From assembly GCA_039803745.1 (NCBI GenBank), contig JBDRZD010000001.1, forward strand, positions 2,146 through 66,145: a stretch of 64,000 nt of DNA. The letters are read 5' to 3'. The translations under genes and the position numbers were made by a program. Origin of the DNA: a candidate division WOR-3 bacterium. Its GTDB lineage: Bacteria > Hydrothermota > Hydrothermia > Hydrothermales > Hydrothermaceae. Below the pieces are notes generated by a model. That model searched no databases. It worked only from the letters and a program-made list of their open reading frames with translations, and had not been told where the DNA came from. Shown here one piece after another: positions 28,240 through 38,578 of the stretch (the stretch's first letter is position 1; each line of letters starts with the position of its first letter).

Positions 28240-29287
28240 AGAGGAATTTTTTATAAGATTATGTCTTGAAATTGCAAAATTTGGTGAAGGTAGTACCTCT
28301 CCAAATCCACTTGTAGGTGCTATTCTTGTTAAAAATGGGAGAATTATTGGAATAGGATATCATAAAGCCCCCGGTTTACCACATGCAGAAAGAAATGCAA
28401 TTGATGATGCGGGAAAAGAAGCGAAAGGGGCGGATCTTTATGTAAATCTTGAACCGTGCACCCATTTTGGAAGAACACCACCTTGTGTTGATTATATAAT
28501 AAAAAATGAAATAAAAAGGGTATTTATAGGAACAAAAGATCCAAATCCAATTGTGAATGGAAAAGGAATTAAGAAATTAAGGGAAGCAGGAATAAAAGTT
28601 AGAGTTGGAATTCTTGAAGAAGAGTGCAGGGATTTAAATAGAAAATATTTTACTTTTTACGAAAAGAAAAAGATATTTGTTGCTCTAAAACTTTCTCTTT
28701 CTCTTGATGGAAAAATTGCAAATTATAAAGGCTCTTCAAAATGGATTTCTTCAAAATCTGCAAGAGTATATGCTCATAAATTAAGGGGAGAATTTGATTT
28801 AATTGGAATAGGAAGTGGGACTCTTTTAAAAGATAATCCCTCTCTTTTTCCTTATCTTTATTTTTCCTATTCAAATCCAATCCCTGTAATTATTTCTACT
28901 AAAAAAATTGATTTTAAAAAGAAAATTTTTAAGGTTCACAAAAAGATATTTCTTGCAACTTCTTATGAATATAAGGAAAAACCAGAAAATGTTGAAATTA
29001 TAAAAGTAAGCGAAAAAAATGGTAAAATCTATCTAAAAGAACTTTTAAAGAAACTTTATGAAAAAGGTTTTCAGAGTATATTATTTGAAGGAGGAAGTAA
29101 AATTTCTTCCTCTTTACTTGAAGAAAATCTTATTGATGAATACCATCTCTTTATTACACCTTTTATAATGGGTGATGGAATTTTTCCCTTTCAATCCTTT
29201 AAACTCAAAAATCTTTCTAAAAAGAAAATTTTAAAATTGAAGGAATTAAAATTTTTTAATGAGACAATTTATATGAGGTTTTCATGA
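28187..29287 (+). CDS. ribD: Riboflavin biosynthesis protein RibD (pyrimidine deaminase / reductase)
   Basis: CMP/dCMP-type deaminase zinc motifs HAERNAI and EPCTHFGRTPPC, then a RibD_C-like reductase domain. The start is ambiguous (ATG 28187 or TTG 28205); it overlaps the upstream gene. Confidence 0.8.
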   Translation: MRKENLLNFLQQYHSDSKEEFFIRLCLEIAKFGEGSTSPNPLVGAILVKNGRIIGIGYHKAPGLPHAERNAIDDAGKEAKGADLYVNLEPCTHFGRTPPCVDYIIKNEIKRVFIGTKDPNPIVNGKGIKKLREAGIKVRVGILEEECRDLNRKYFTFYEKKKIFVALKLSLSLDGKIANYKGSSKWISSKSARVYAHKLRGEFDLIGIGSGTLLKDNPSLFPYLYFSYSNPIPVIISTKKIDFKKKIFKVHKKIFLATSYEYKEKPENVEIIKVSEKNGKIYLKELLKKLYEKGFQSILFEGGSKISSSLLEENLIDEYHLFITPFIMGDGIFPFQSFKLKNLSKKKILKLKELKFFNETIYMRFS

Positions 29288-30996
29288 AGACAAGTTTTAG
29301 AGATTTATATTGTGGAAATATAAATGAGGAATTTATAGGGAAAGAAATAAAACTTTGTGGATGGGTGAAAAGGGTGAGAGATCTTGGTGGAATGATCTTT
29401 TTTGATTTAAGAGATAGAGAAGGTTATGTTCAGTGTGTTGTTCAAAAAAAGAAAAAAGAGATTTATGATATAGCAAAAGATTTGAAAATGGAAGACTGTG
29501 TGCAGGTTAAAGGGATTGTTAGGGAAAGGAAGGATAAGAATCCTAATATAAAGACAGGAAATGTGGAAGTTGAGGTTGAAACTATAAAAATTTTTTCAAA
29601 ATCAAAGGATTTGCCTTTTATACCAGAAGACAATATAAATATTTTTGAGGAAACAAGGCTTAAATACAGGTTCCTTGATTTAAGAAGGAATTTCATGCAA
29701 AGAAATATAATTTTTAAACATAAATTAATGCAAACAGTGAGAGAATTCTTAAACAAAAACGGATTTATTGAAATAGAAACACCTTTTTTATCAAAAAGCA
29801 CACCCGAAGGTGCAAGGGATTTCCTTGTTCCCTCAAGACTCTCACCGGGAAAATTTTATGCTCTTCCCCAGTCCCCTCAGCTTTATAAACAAATCCTTAT
29901 GGTAAGTGGATTTGATAGATATTACCAGATTGTGAGATGTTTTAGAGATGAGGATTTAAGAAGAGATAGACAGCCAGAATTTACACAAGTTGACATAGAG
30001 ATGAGTTTTGTATGTGAGGAAGATATATTTCAAATAGTTGAAGAATTGTTTAAAGAAGTTTTTGATAAACTTTTGGATATTTCCTTAAAAACCCCCTTTC
30101 CCAGGATAAAATATTTTGATTCAATTAATAAATATGGAAGTGATAAGCCAGATTTAAGAGTAGACTGGAAAATAAAGGATTTTACCAATTTATTAAAAGA
30201 TAAGGGAATAAAAATATTTGAAAATGCAGAGGCTATCTATGCTCTTGAAATAGATATGGATATTTCAAGAAAGGACATTGAAAAATTAAATCAATTTGTA
30301 ATAGAAAATGGTGGTAAAGGTATTACCTATGTAAAATATAAAGAGTCTTTATCAGGAACAATTTCTAAATTTTTAACTTGTGGAGATTTAATAAAGGGAA
30401 ATAGTTATATAATAATTGGTGATAAAAAAGAAAGGGCGATTTTTTTGCTTGGAAAAATAAGAGAAGAATGCATTAAAATTTTAAAACCACCATTTAAAGA
30501 AAAATTTTCATTTTTATTTATTACTCACTTTCCTCTCTATATATGGGATGAAGAGGAAAAAAGATGGGAACCAGCCCATCATCCCTTCACAATGCCTTTA
30601 AATCCAGAAGACATTGAAAAGACTCCTTCAGAAATAATAGGCAGGCATTATGACCTTGTTTTAAATGGAGTTGAAATAGGTTCTGGAAGCATAAGAAATC
30701 ATGATGCAGATTTACAAAAGAAAATTTTAAAAAAACTCGGTTATTCTGATGAAGAAATTGAAAATAAATTCGGATTTTTACTCGAGGCATTAAGATACGG
30801 AGCACCGCCTCATGGTGGAATTGCACTTGGTTTTGATAGGATTGCAGCTATTCTTTTAGGGCTTGAAACAATAAGAGATGTTATTCCTTTTCCAAAAACA
30901 ACTAAAGGATATGCACTTTTTGAAGGTGCTCCATCTTTTGTTAATGAGGAGCAATTAAGAGATTTAAAAATTTTTATTAAACATGAAGAAGATTGA
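29284..30996 (+). CDS. aspS: Aspartyl-tRNA synthetase
   Basis: 570 aa. N-terminal OB fold (IKLCGWVKRVRDLGGMIFFDLRDREG) and class-II motifs (FRDEDLRRDRQPEFTQVD, GGIALGFDR). Confidence 0.9.
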   Translation: MKTSFRDLYCGNINEEFIGKEIKLCGWVKRVRDLGGMIFFDLRDREGYVQCVVQKKKKEIYDIAKDLKMEDCVQVKGIVRERKDKNPNIKTGNVEVEVETIKIFSKSKDLPFIPEDNINIFEETRLKYRFLDLRRNFMQRNIIFKHKLMQTVREFLNKNGFIEIETPFLSKSTPEGARDFLVPSRLSPGKFYALPQSPQLYKQILMVSGFDRYYQIVRCFRDEDLRRDRQPEFTQVDIEMSFVCEEDIFQIVEELFKEVFDKLLDISLKTPFPRIKYFDSINKYGSDKPDLRVDWKIKDFTNLLKDKGIKIFENAEAIYALEIDMDISRKDIEKLNQFVIENGGKGITYVKYKESLSGTISKFLTCGDLIKGNSYIIIGDKKERAIFLLGKIREECIKILKPPFKEKFSFLFITHFPLYIWDEEEKRWEPAHHPFTMPLNPEDIEKTPSEIIGRHYDLVLNGVEIGSGSIRNHDADLQKKILKKLGYSDEEIENKFGFLLEALRYGAPPHGGIALGFDRIAAILLGLETIRDVIPFPKTTKGYALFEGAPSFVNEEQLRDLKIFIKHEED

Positions 30997-31531
30997 AAAA
31001 AGAAAAATAATGGATGAGATTGATATAAAGAATACCCTTGAAAGGCTTGCCTCAGAAATTCTTGAAAGACATAAAGATTATAAAAAAATTGCCTTAATCG
31101 GAATTAGGACAAGAGGAGCCCCCCTTGCTAAGAGAATAAAAGAAATTCTTGATAAAAAACTATCAGCATCTCTGCCACTTGGTGTTCTTGATATTACCTT
31201 TTATAGAGATGACCTTCAGAAAATTTCAGAATCTCCTGAAGTAAAAAGTACTTTACTTGATTTTGATGTAGATGGGAAAGAGATCATACTTATTGATGAT
31301 GTTTTATACACAGGAAGAACAATAAGAAGCGCCCTTGATGCAATAATAGATTTTGGTAGACCTGATAAAGTTGAACTTCTTGTTTTGATTGATAGAGGTC
31401 ATAGAGAACTTCCCATACATCCTGATTACCTTGGTAAAAAAGTTGCAACTTCAAAGGATGAAACTGTTGAGGTTAGATTAAGGGAGATAGATGGGATTGA
31501 CGAAGTTGTTATATGTGAGATTAAAAAATAA
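30983..31531 (+). CDS. pyrR: PyrR bifunctional pyrimidine regulatory protein / uracil phosphoribosyltransferase
   Basis: 182 aa with the PRTase motif ILIDDVLYTGRTIRSALDAI and a PyrR-like N-terminus. The start may instead be MDEIDIK at 31010. Confidence 0.8.
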   Translation: MKKIEKRKIMDEIDIKNTLERLASEILERHKDYKKIALIGIRTRGAPLAKRIKEILDKKLSASLPLGVLDITFYRDDLQKISESPEVKSTLLDFDVDGKEIILIDDVLYTGRTIRSALDAIIDFGRPDKVELLVLIDRGHRELPIHPDYLGKKVATSKDETVEVRLREIDGIDEVVICEIKK

Positions 31532-31549
31532 TTTTTTAAAGGAGGTTAT

Positions 31550-32419
31550 ATGGCAATTTTCCTTTCCCATGATACAAGAGTTTTAGTTCAGGGAATTACT
31601 GGAAGGGATGGTTCCTTTCATACAAAGCAAATGCTTGATTATGGAACAAAAATTGTTGCAGGTGTAACCCCTGGTAAAAAAGGTGAGAATGTTCATGGTG
31701 TCCCTGTTTATGATTCTGTTATTGAGGCTGTAAGGGAAAAAGGAGCAAATACTTCAATAATTTTTGTTCCAGCAAAGTTTGCACAAGATGCAATTTATGA
31801 GGCAATAGATGCAGGTATAAATTTAATTGTTGTTATAACAGAAGGTATTCCAGCACTTTGCATGGCAGAAATAAAAAGTTATATAAAAGGCAAAGATGTA
31901 AGAATAATAGGACCAAATTGCCCGGGAATAATTGCTCCTTCTATTTCAAAGGTTGGAATAATGCCGGGACATATATTTAAAAAAGGGAAAATCGGTGTTG
32001 TTTCAAGAAGCGGAACGCTTACCTATGAAGTTGTATTTCATTTATCAAAAAGGGGATTAGGACAGTCCACAGTGATAGGAATTGGAGGTGATCCTGTGAT
32101 TGGAACAAAGTTTATTGATGTATTAAAGGAGTTTGAAAAAGATCCCGAGACAGAAGGTATAGTTTTAATAGGAGAGATTGGTGGCACTGATGAAGAAGAT
32201 GCTGCAGAATTTATAAAATCAAATATTTCAAAACCTGTTGTTGCATTTATTGCTGGAAGAACTGCACCTCCTGAAAAAAGAATGGGACATGCAGGAGCAA
32301 TAATTTCAGGTGGTAAAGGAACTGCTGAAAGTAAAATAAGAGCTTTTGAGAAAGCAGGTATTCCTGTTGCAACCGAGCCCGAGGAAGTCGCAGAAATAAT
32401 GAGTAAAATTTTGAAATGA
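31550..32419 (+). CDS. sucD: Succinyl-CoA ligase alpha subunit
   Basis: 289 aa: [37 protein letters not shown], phosphohistidine loop MGHAGAII, and an AGG RBS upstream. No beta-subunit gene is adjacent. Confidence 0.85.
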   Translation: MAIFLSHDTRVLVQGITGRDGSFHTKQMLDYGTKIVAGVTPGKKGENVHGVPVYDSVIEAVREKGANTSIIFVPAKFAQDAIYEAIDAGINLIVVITEGIPALCMAEIKSYIKGKDVRIIGPNCPGIIAPSISKVGIMPGHIFKKGKIGVVSRSGTLTYEVVFHLSKRGLGQSTVIGIGGDPVIGTKFIDVLKEFEKDPETEGIVLIGEIGGTDEEDAAEFIKSNISKPVVAFIAGRTAPPEKRMGHAGAIISGGKGTAESKIRAFEKAGIPVATEPEEVAEIMSKILK

Positions 32420-32991
32420 AATTATTTTTAATTTTAATTTTTTCTCTTTCCTGGGAAGAAATCAAAGAAGAGTATAAAAATTTAGAAAATATTTATGGGA
32501 AGGTAAGAGAAATTATTTATAGTGAAGGGATACCTGCATGTACCCTGATTGGTAAGATTTATGTGAAAAGAGATTTATTTAAAATGGTTATTGAAAAACC
32601 CGAAAGTCAGATTATATATTCCACAAAGGATAGTACCTTGATTTATTTTCCTTCCTGGAAAGAAGTTCAGGTTTCAAAAACACCAAAATTTATATCAGAT
32701 TTCTTTATCTTAAACATTGATGAATACGCTGATTCTATTTTCTTTGGAGAAAAGGATTTTAAAATAGAGATTTTTTTGAAAAAGAATTTAGATTTACCTT
32801 ACAAAAAAATAATTGTAATTTTAGAAAAAAATAATAAAGATTTAAAAAATCTTATTTTAGTAGAAGGAGATGTTATTTTTGAGTTTACCTTTCTTTTATT
32901 TAAAAAGAACATGAAATTTAGCGAAGAAACCTTTAAAATTTTTTTACCCGAAGGGGTTAGAAAAGTTAAGGTAAGTGAATTTGACAATTAG
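32416..32991 (+). CDS. Exported LolA-like protein (weak call)
   Basis: 191 aa with a signal peptide. The pattern [41 protein letters not shown] resembles the LolA/LppX-fold consensus. Confidence 0.4.
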   Translation: MKLFLILIFSLSWEEIKEEYKNLENIYGKVREIIYSEGIPACTLIGKIYVKRDLFKMVIEKPESQIIYSTKDSTLIYFPSWKEVQVSKTPKFISDFFILNIDEYADSIFFGEKDFKIEIFLKKNLDLPYKKIIVILEKNNKDLKNLILVEGDVIFEFTFLLFKKNMKFSEETFKIFLPEGVRKVKVSEFDN

Positions 32992-33026
32992 ATGTATTTA
33001 AAATTATAATTTTAAAAATTTTTAAG

Positions 33027-33920
33027 ATGAAAAACGGATTTTATATTAAAATATTAAGAAAAAGAGGAGATTTAAAGGGCAAAGATTTTTTTGTCCCTTT
33101 AATTTTATTTAAATTTTTGTTTTCTTTTTCCATTTTTATTTTATTTTACCTTATATTTGCAACCTATATTTTTGTCAAAAAAGAAAAAGAAAAGAAAGAT
33201 TTTAGATATTATGCAGAGGAAAACAGAAAACTTAAAAATAAACTTGAAGATATAGAAAAAAAATTGAATAAAATTAAAGATGATATGATAGACTTGATAG
33301 AAAAACAAAATAGGTTGAGAAATTATTTAGATTTCGAGCCTATAAGTCTTGAAATACTTAATATGCCTATAGGTGGGATTCCAAAGAAAAAGGAAAAGAT
33401 AGAACAGATTGAAGAAAGGATAGATTATATGATGAATTTGGTTAATATGCAGGAGAAAGAAATAAATAATTTAAAATATTTCCTTGAAAAAAGTGAAGAT
33501 TTGAGAAAAAGGACACCAAGCATCTCCCCTGTAAAGAGCGCATTTGTAACTGCAAAATTCGGTTATAGAGAGGATCCTTTTACAGGGATTATAAAATTTC
33601 ATAAAGGAATTGATATAGCGGGTCCAAAAGGCACACCCATTTTTGCTACTGCTGATGGCATTGTAAAATATGCGGGATGGAAAGAAGGGCTCGGGCTTAC
33701 AGTGGAAATCGACCATGGTAATGGATTTATTACAGTTTATGGTCATAATGATAGAATTTTAGTAAAGCCCTTTCAAAGAGTTAGAAGAGGTGATGTAATA
33801 GCAACGATGGGCTCAACAGGTCTTGCAACAGGTGTTCATCTTCATTATGAAGTGAAACTTTTTGAAAAAAATTTGAATCCAATATATTATATAATTCCTG
33901 AAGAAGAATATTTTGATTAA
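33027..33920 (+). CDS. M23-family peptidase with N-terminal TM helix and coiled coil (EnvC/NlpD-like)
   Basis: 297 aa: HKGIDIAGPKGTPIFATADG...VYGHN...GSTGLATGVHLHYEV. Confidence 0.7.
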   Translation: MKNGFYIKILRKRGDLKGKDFFVPLILFKFLFSFSIFILFYLIFATYIFVKKEKEKKDFRYYAEENRKLKNKLEDIEKKLNKIKDDMIDLIEKQNRLRNYLDFEPISLEILNMPIGGIPKKKEKIEQIEERIDYMMNLVNMQEKEINNLKYFLEKSEDLRKRTPSISPVKSAFVTAKFGYREDPFTGIIKFHKGIDIAGPKGTPIFATADGIVKYAGWKEGLGLTVEIDHGNGFITVYGHNDRILVKPFQRVRRGDVIATMGSTGLATGVHLHYEVKLFEKNLNPIYYIIPEEEYFD

Positions 33921-33925
33921 AAAGG

Positions 33926-36661
33926 ATGCTTGAAATTTTAATTTTATTTTTACTTGGGTTTGGACAGAATAAAATTCAAACAAAAAATCTAAAATGGGAA
34001 ATATGTGAAACTCCACATTTTATGATTTACTTTACAAAAGGTGGGGAGCCTCTTGTTGATTTTGCAGTACCTGTTCTTGAAAATACATATACAAGGCTTT
34101 CCAATATGCTTGGTATTGATGTAAAAACAAAAGTTCCTGTTATAATTTATAATTCTCCAAATGATTTTAGGGAAACAAATATAATTCTTGACTTGATAGA
34201 AGAAGGGATTGGTGGATTTACAGAGTTTTATAAAACAAGGGTTGTTGTTCCTTTTGATGGTTCTTATAGTTCTTTTGAACATGTACTTATGCATGAGCTT
34301 GTCCATGTATTTGAATTTAAATTATTTTATACAGGTATTTATGAACTTGCTCAGGAGCCTTTCTTCTCTATTCCTCTTTATATTATGGAGGGATTCCCTG
34401 AATATGTCTCATTAGGTCTTGATCCTGAAACTGAAGGTTTTGTTAGAGACCTTATATTAAACGACCTTTTCCCATCTTTAAAGAATCTCGAATATTATGG
34501 CGGATACATTGTTTATAAACTTGGCCAAGTATTTTTCTATTTTTTATATGATACATATGGAGAAGAAAAAATAGCTGAATTTTTACACGCCTTAAAATTT
34601 AGAAAATCCGTTGATAAAGCCTCTTTGAAAGTATTTGGAATTTCCCAAGATGCTCTTTCAGAAAGATTTTCTTATTATTTAAAAAAGAAAATTTACAAAG
34701 AGATTGAAAAGTATGATTATCCTGAAGATATAGGTAAGAAGATAACAGATCATAAAAAAGAGGGTGGCTTCATGAATGTTGGTCCTGCAATTTCTTATGA
34801 TGGTTCTTATATTACTTTTCTTTCCGATAGAAAAGATTATTCCGATATTTATCTTATCTCAATATACGCTCCTGAAAAAGTAAAAAAAATTGTTTCTGGA
34901 GAAAGGGTTCCCTCACTTGAGAATCTGCACCTTTTGAGACCCGGCATATGTTTTTCACCAGATGGAAAATACTTAATTTTTACATCCCATGGCAACGGAA
35001 AGGAAATGATAAACTTTTACGATCTAAAAACAAATAAAATAATTAAATCCTATTCCTATAAAGAATTTGACGGAATTTATACACCTGATTTCTCGCCCGA
35101 CGGGAGTAAAATAGTTTTTGTTGGAATAAAAGATGGTAAAAGTGACCTTTATATTCTTAATCCATCAAATGGTAAAATACTCGAAAGAATTACAAATGAT
35201 TTCTTTGACGAAAGGGATCCTTTATTTATGGAAGAAGAGATCCTTTTTGTTTCTGATAGAACTCAAGACGGAAGCTATGGAAGTTATGCAATATTCTCAT
35301 ATTCTTTAAAGGATAAATCTATAAGGAAGATAACCCCTTATCTTGGAAACATATCTCATCCCTTCAAAATAGAGGATAGTATTTATTTGTTTGTTTATAA
35401 AGAAAAGGATGCCTCCAACATATTTGCTTATGATAAGTTAAATAACAAGTTTTACCAAATTACAAGTTTCCCAACCTGGATAAGAGAGACAGGTTATGCA
35501 AAGAAAAGTAATGACATTGTATGTAGTATTTTATGGAAGAATGGATACAATATTTTTTATATAAAAAAAGAAAAAATAATTGAAAAAAATAAATGGAAAG
35601 AAGTAGAATTAGAAGAAAAACCTGGAAAGAAAAGAAAAGGAACAGAAAATGCTGAATGGAAGGAATATTCAAATTTCTTTACAATAGATTGGCTTGGTGG
35701 AACTATTGGATACGCGCCTCAATATGGTTATTATGGTAATGTTGGTTTGCAAGCCTCTGATATTCTTGGTAATTTGCGAATTCAATTCTTTACTGACATG
35801 ACAGGAGGAGATTTAACTGTTTCAAACTGGCTTTTTGGAATTTATTATTTACCAAAGAAAATAGATTATCTCTTGGAAATATATCAATTTTTCCCTTTAT
35901 ACCCCTATGACTCAATTTATTATTCCTATGAAAGAAATTTAGGCTTTAATTTTATATCTTTAATCCCTTTAAATAAATTTTTCAGGTTTGAAATTGGAAC
36001 CGGTTTCACTTATATTGAAAGAATAATTGATAGGGACCTTTATTTTCCCATTGATAGAATGGATTATTTCATAAATTTACCCTTTTATTTTGGGACAGTA
36101 TTTGATCGTTCAACTGATTTTTATTATTTAGGAGTGCAAGATGGGGAAAGATGTTATTTAGGTTTTGAATTTGGTTTTATCCCTGAAAATTATTTGAAGT
36201 TTGTTTTTGATTCAAGAAAATATTGGAGAATTACACCCCGTTCAAATTTTGCATTTAGAATCTTATTCGCTGGAAAGCAGGATGGAGAAAGAATATTGCC
36301 ATTCTGGCTTGGTGGCCCAAATAGATTAAGGGGATATGATTTATTTGAACTTGTCTATCCCTATATATTCTTATCCAGTTTTGAATTAAGGGTGCCTTTC
36401 CTGGATAATTTAAAACTATCTTTTCCTTTACCTTTAAAAATTGGTAATATAAGAGGTATTTTCTTTTTTGATACAGGTATTGGGTTTAAGGAGATTGATA
36501 TGGCAAGTTTTAAAAAAGAAATATTTCATTCCGACTTGGGTTATGGATTTAGATGGAATATCGGATATTTTGATTTAAAATTTGATTTCGCATACAAGAT
36601 AGAAAAAAATAAATTTTTTAAGAAACCACTTATATGGATTACTTTTGGAAGGGATTTCTAA
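33926..36661 (+). CDS. Large outer-membrane chimera: N-terminal HExxH gluzincin-like domain, PD40/TolB-like beta-propeller repeats, C-terminal Omp85/surface-antigen-type beta-barrel
   Basis: 911 aa. Signal peptide. HVLMHELVHVFEF, with Glu residues ~20-30 aa downstream. PD40-like repeats (FSPDGKYLIFTSHGNGK, FSPDGSKIVFVGIKDGKSDLYILNPSNGK, LFVSDRTQDGSYG). The last ~300 aa are Gly/aromatic-rich alternating beta-strands ending ...ITFGRDF (terminal Phe). Confidence 0.55.
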   Translation: MLEILILFLLGFGQNKIQTKNLKWEICETPHFMIYFTKGGEPLVDFAVPVLENTYTRLSNMLGIDVKTKVPVIIYNSPNDFRETNIILDLIEEGIGGFTEFYKTRVVVPFDGSYSSFEHVLMHELVHVFEFKLFYTGIYELAQEPFFSIPLYIMEGFPEYVSLGLDPETEGFVRDLILNDLFPSLKNLEYYGGYIVYKLGQVFFYFLYDTYGEEKIAEFLHALKFRKSVDKASLKVFGISQDALSERFSYYLKKKIYKEIEKYDYPEDIGKKITDHKKEGGFMNVGPAISYDGSYITFLSDRKDYSDIYLISIYAPEKVKKIVSGERVPSLENLHLLRPGICFSPDGKYLIFTSHGNGKEMINFYDLKTNKIIKSYSYKEFDGIYTPDFSPDGSKIVFVGIKDGKSDLYILNPSNGKILERITNDFFDERDPLFMEEEILFVSDRTQDGSYGSYAIFSYSLKDKSIRKITPYLGNISHPFKIEDSIYLFVYKEKDASNIFAYDKLNNKFYQITSFPTWIRETGYAKKSNDIVCSILWKNGYNIFYIKKEKIIEKNKWKEVELEEKPGKKRKGTENAEWKEYSNFFTIDWLGGTIGYAPQYGYYGNVGLQASDILGNLRIQFFTDMTGGDLTVSNWLFGIYYLPKKIDYLLEIYQFFPLYPYDSIYYSYERNLGFNFISLIPLNKFFRFEIGTGFTYIERIIDRDLYFPIDRMDYFINLPFYFGTVFDRSTDFYYLGVQDGERCYLGFEFGFIPENYLKFVFDSRKYWRITPRSNFAFRILFAGKQDGERILPFWLGGPNRLRGYDLFELVYPYIFLSSFELRVPFLDNLKLSFPLPLKIGNIRGIFFFDTGIGFKEIDMASFKKEIFHSDLGYGFRWNIGYFDLKFDFAYKIEKNKFFKKPLIWITFGRDF

Positions 36662-36667
36662 ATTTCT

Positions 36668-36949
36668 ATGAAAGAAGGTAATGGGAATTTGCTGGCACTT
36701 TTATTTCCCTTTATAATACTTTTTGTATTTTTCTATTTATTTATAATTCTTCCGCAACAAAGAAGAGAGAAAAAACACAGGGAAATGATCAAAAATTTAA
36801 AAAAGGGAGATTATGTGTTTACATCCTCAGGAATTTATGGGACAGTATCAAAAATTGATGAAAAAACTGTTATTTTAAAACTATCTGAAAATGTTTTTGT
36901 TAAATTTGATAAATCAGCAATTCAGGAAGTTCTAAAGAAAGAAGAATAA
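36668..36949 (+). CDS. yajC: Preprotein translocase subunit YajC
   Basis: 93 aa with one TM helix (LLALLFPFIILFVFFYLFIILPQQRREKK) and a YajC-like KKGDYVFTSSGIYGTV motif. Confidence 0.75.
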   Translation: MKEGNGNLLALLFPFIILFVFFYLFIILPQQRREKKHREMIKNLKKGDYVFTSSGIYGTVSKIDEKTVILKLSENVFVKFDKSAIQEVLKKEE

Positions 36950-36952
36950 AGG

Positions 36953-37465
36953 ATGCAAAGTAAAATTAAGATTTATGGAGAAAAAGTTTTGAGAATGAAA
37001 GGTAGAGATGTAAGAGATGGAGAAGAGGTTAAGAGGCTTTTGTTTGAGATGAAAGAAATTTTAAAAGAAATAAAAGGATTTGGACTTGCAGCACACCAGA
37101 TTGGGCAACCTTTAAATTTATTTGTTGTGAATTTTGATCTGATTGAAAAGGGCAAAGGGATAAAAGAGTTTATAAATCCCACATTAGTTTATTATGAAGA
37201 TGAGGAAATAATGGAAGAAGGGTGTCTTTCAATTCCTGAACTTTTTATAGAGATTAAGCGTCCCAAGAAAATTGTTATGGAATATTATGACTTGGATATG
37301 AAAAAAAATATTATAGATGCTGAAGGACTTAGTGCAAGGGTTTTACTTCATGAATATGATCATATAAATGGAATTTTAATTTTTGATAGATTGCCACAAG
37401 AGGAAAGGAAAGTAGTAATTGCAAGATGGAAAAAGTTATGGAAGGAGAAAAAAACTTTAAAATAG
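36953..37465 (+). CDS. def: Peptide deformylase
   Basis: 170 aa with GLAAHQIG, EGCLSIP and HEYDHINGIL, the three PDF motifs. Confidence 0.85.
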   Translation: MQSKIKIYGEKVLRMKGRDVRDGEEVKRLLFEMKEILKEIKGFGLAAHQIGQPLNLFVVNFDLIEKGKGIKEFINPTLVYYEDEEIMEEGCLSIPELFIEIKRPKKIVMEYYDLDMKKNIIDAEGLSARVLLHEYDHINGILIFDRLPQEERKVVIARWKKLWKEKKTLK

Positions 37466-38364
37466 CATTTTTTGGCTCAGGTAATTTTGCCTACAAGTTT
37501 TTATTGAATATAATAGAAAAAAAAATAAATCCTGAGATAATTATAACAGCTCCTGATGCACCATCTGGAAGGGGAAGACAGTTGAAACCTACAAAAGTTA
37601 AAGAAATTGCATTGGAAAAAAATATACCCTGTTTTACTCCTTATGATCCAAATAGCCCGGGCTTTTTAGAGGAACTCAAAAAATATGAAATTGATTATTT
37701 AATCCTTGCAGATTATGGAAAAATATTAAAAAGAGAATTACTTCTTTTGCCAAAGATAAAACCTCTGAATCTTCATCCCTCACTTTTGCCAAAATATAGG
37801 GGAGCAGCTCCTTTAGAAAGAGCAATAATGAATGGTGAAAAATATACAGGTTTTACAATTTTTATAATGAATGAAAAAATAGATGCAGGAGATATTGTAT
37901 ATCAGGAAAAAATAGAGATAGATGATAAAACAAAGGGTGAACTTGAAGATGAAATATCCTTGCGCTCAAGCGAGGTTCTTTATGATATACTTTTACAAAT
38001 TTCTGAAAACAAAATCAAACCAAAACCACAAAAAGGCGAGGTAATTTATGCATCAAAGATAAAAGAAGAAGAACTATGGATTGATTGGAAAAAAGATGCA
38101 GAAGAAGTGAAAAATAAAATTCATGCTCTTTCCCCCATACCAGGTGCAAGAACCCATTTTGATGGAAAATATACGAAGATATATAAGGTCCGTGTTCATA
38201 AAGATATGGATGGTCCTCCAGGCAAGATAAAGATAGAGGAGGGAAGGCTCTATGTATTTTGTGCAAAGGGGGCAATTGAAATCATAGAAATACAACCAGC
38301 AGGTAAAAAAATAATGGAAGCCAAAGAATATATTCTTGGGTATCATCCAATATGGGCGGAATAG
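37426..38364 (+). CDS. fmt: Methionyl-tRNA formyltransferase
   Basis: 312 aa with FFGSGNFA, NLHPSLLPKYRGAAPLERAIMNGE and a C-terminal Fmt domain. Overlaps def; classic def-fmt pair. Confidence 0.85.
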   Translation: MEKVMEGEKNFKIAFFGSGNFAYKFLLNIIEKKINPEIIITAPDAPSGRGRQLKPTKVKEIALEKNIPCFTPYDPNSPGFLEELKKYEIDYLILADYGKILKRELLLLPKIKPLNLHPSLLPKYRGAAPLERAIMNGEKYTGFTIFIMNEKIDAGDIVYQEKIEIDDKTKGELEDEISLRSSEVLYDILLQISENKIKPKPQKGEVIYASKIKEEELWIDWKKDAEEVKNKIHALSPIPGARTHFDGKYTKIYKVRVHKDMDGPPGKIKIEEGRLYVFCAKGAIEIIEIQPAGKKIMEAKEYILGYHPIWAE

Positions 38365-38576
38365 GCAAGATTTTAATATTATCAGGCATTTTTTTAATTT
38401 TTTTCGGAATTTTTTTTCTTATTTTTGAAAAATTTTCTTTCAAAATGCTTCCTCTTGACATATACATTAAAAAAAATAATTTTCATTTCTTCTTTCCAAT
38501 TGGGACATCTATCGTTATTTCTATCATTTTAACAATAATTTTAAACATTTTATTTTTTCTTTTTTTTAGAAAATAA
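38352..38576 (+). CDS. DUF2905-like small membrane protein
   Basis: 74 aa: MGGIGKILILSGIFLIFFGIFF...LPLDIYIKKNNFHFFFPIGTSIVISIILTIILN, matching the DUF2905 two-helix pattern. Confidence 0.5.
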   Translation: MGGIGKILILSGIFLIFFGIFFLIFEKFSFKMLPLDIYIKKNNFHFFFPIGTSIVISIILTIILNILFFLFFRK

Positions 38577-38578
38577 TT

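Noticed and set aside
28150-28260. FMN riboswitch upstream of ribD, or a pyrR-type attenuator upstream of pyrR/sucD
   Set aside because: ribD overlaps the preceding gene, and pyrR overlaps aspS. There is no non-coding space to hold a ~150-nt riboswitch or attenuator.
31550-32419. Considered calling this an ADP-forming acetyl-CoA synthetase alpha subunit instead of SucD
   Set aside because: The N-terminus ([36 protein letters not shown]) and the phosphohistidine loop match succinyl-CoA ligase alpha very closely. I kept the SucD call but flagged the missing partner.
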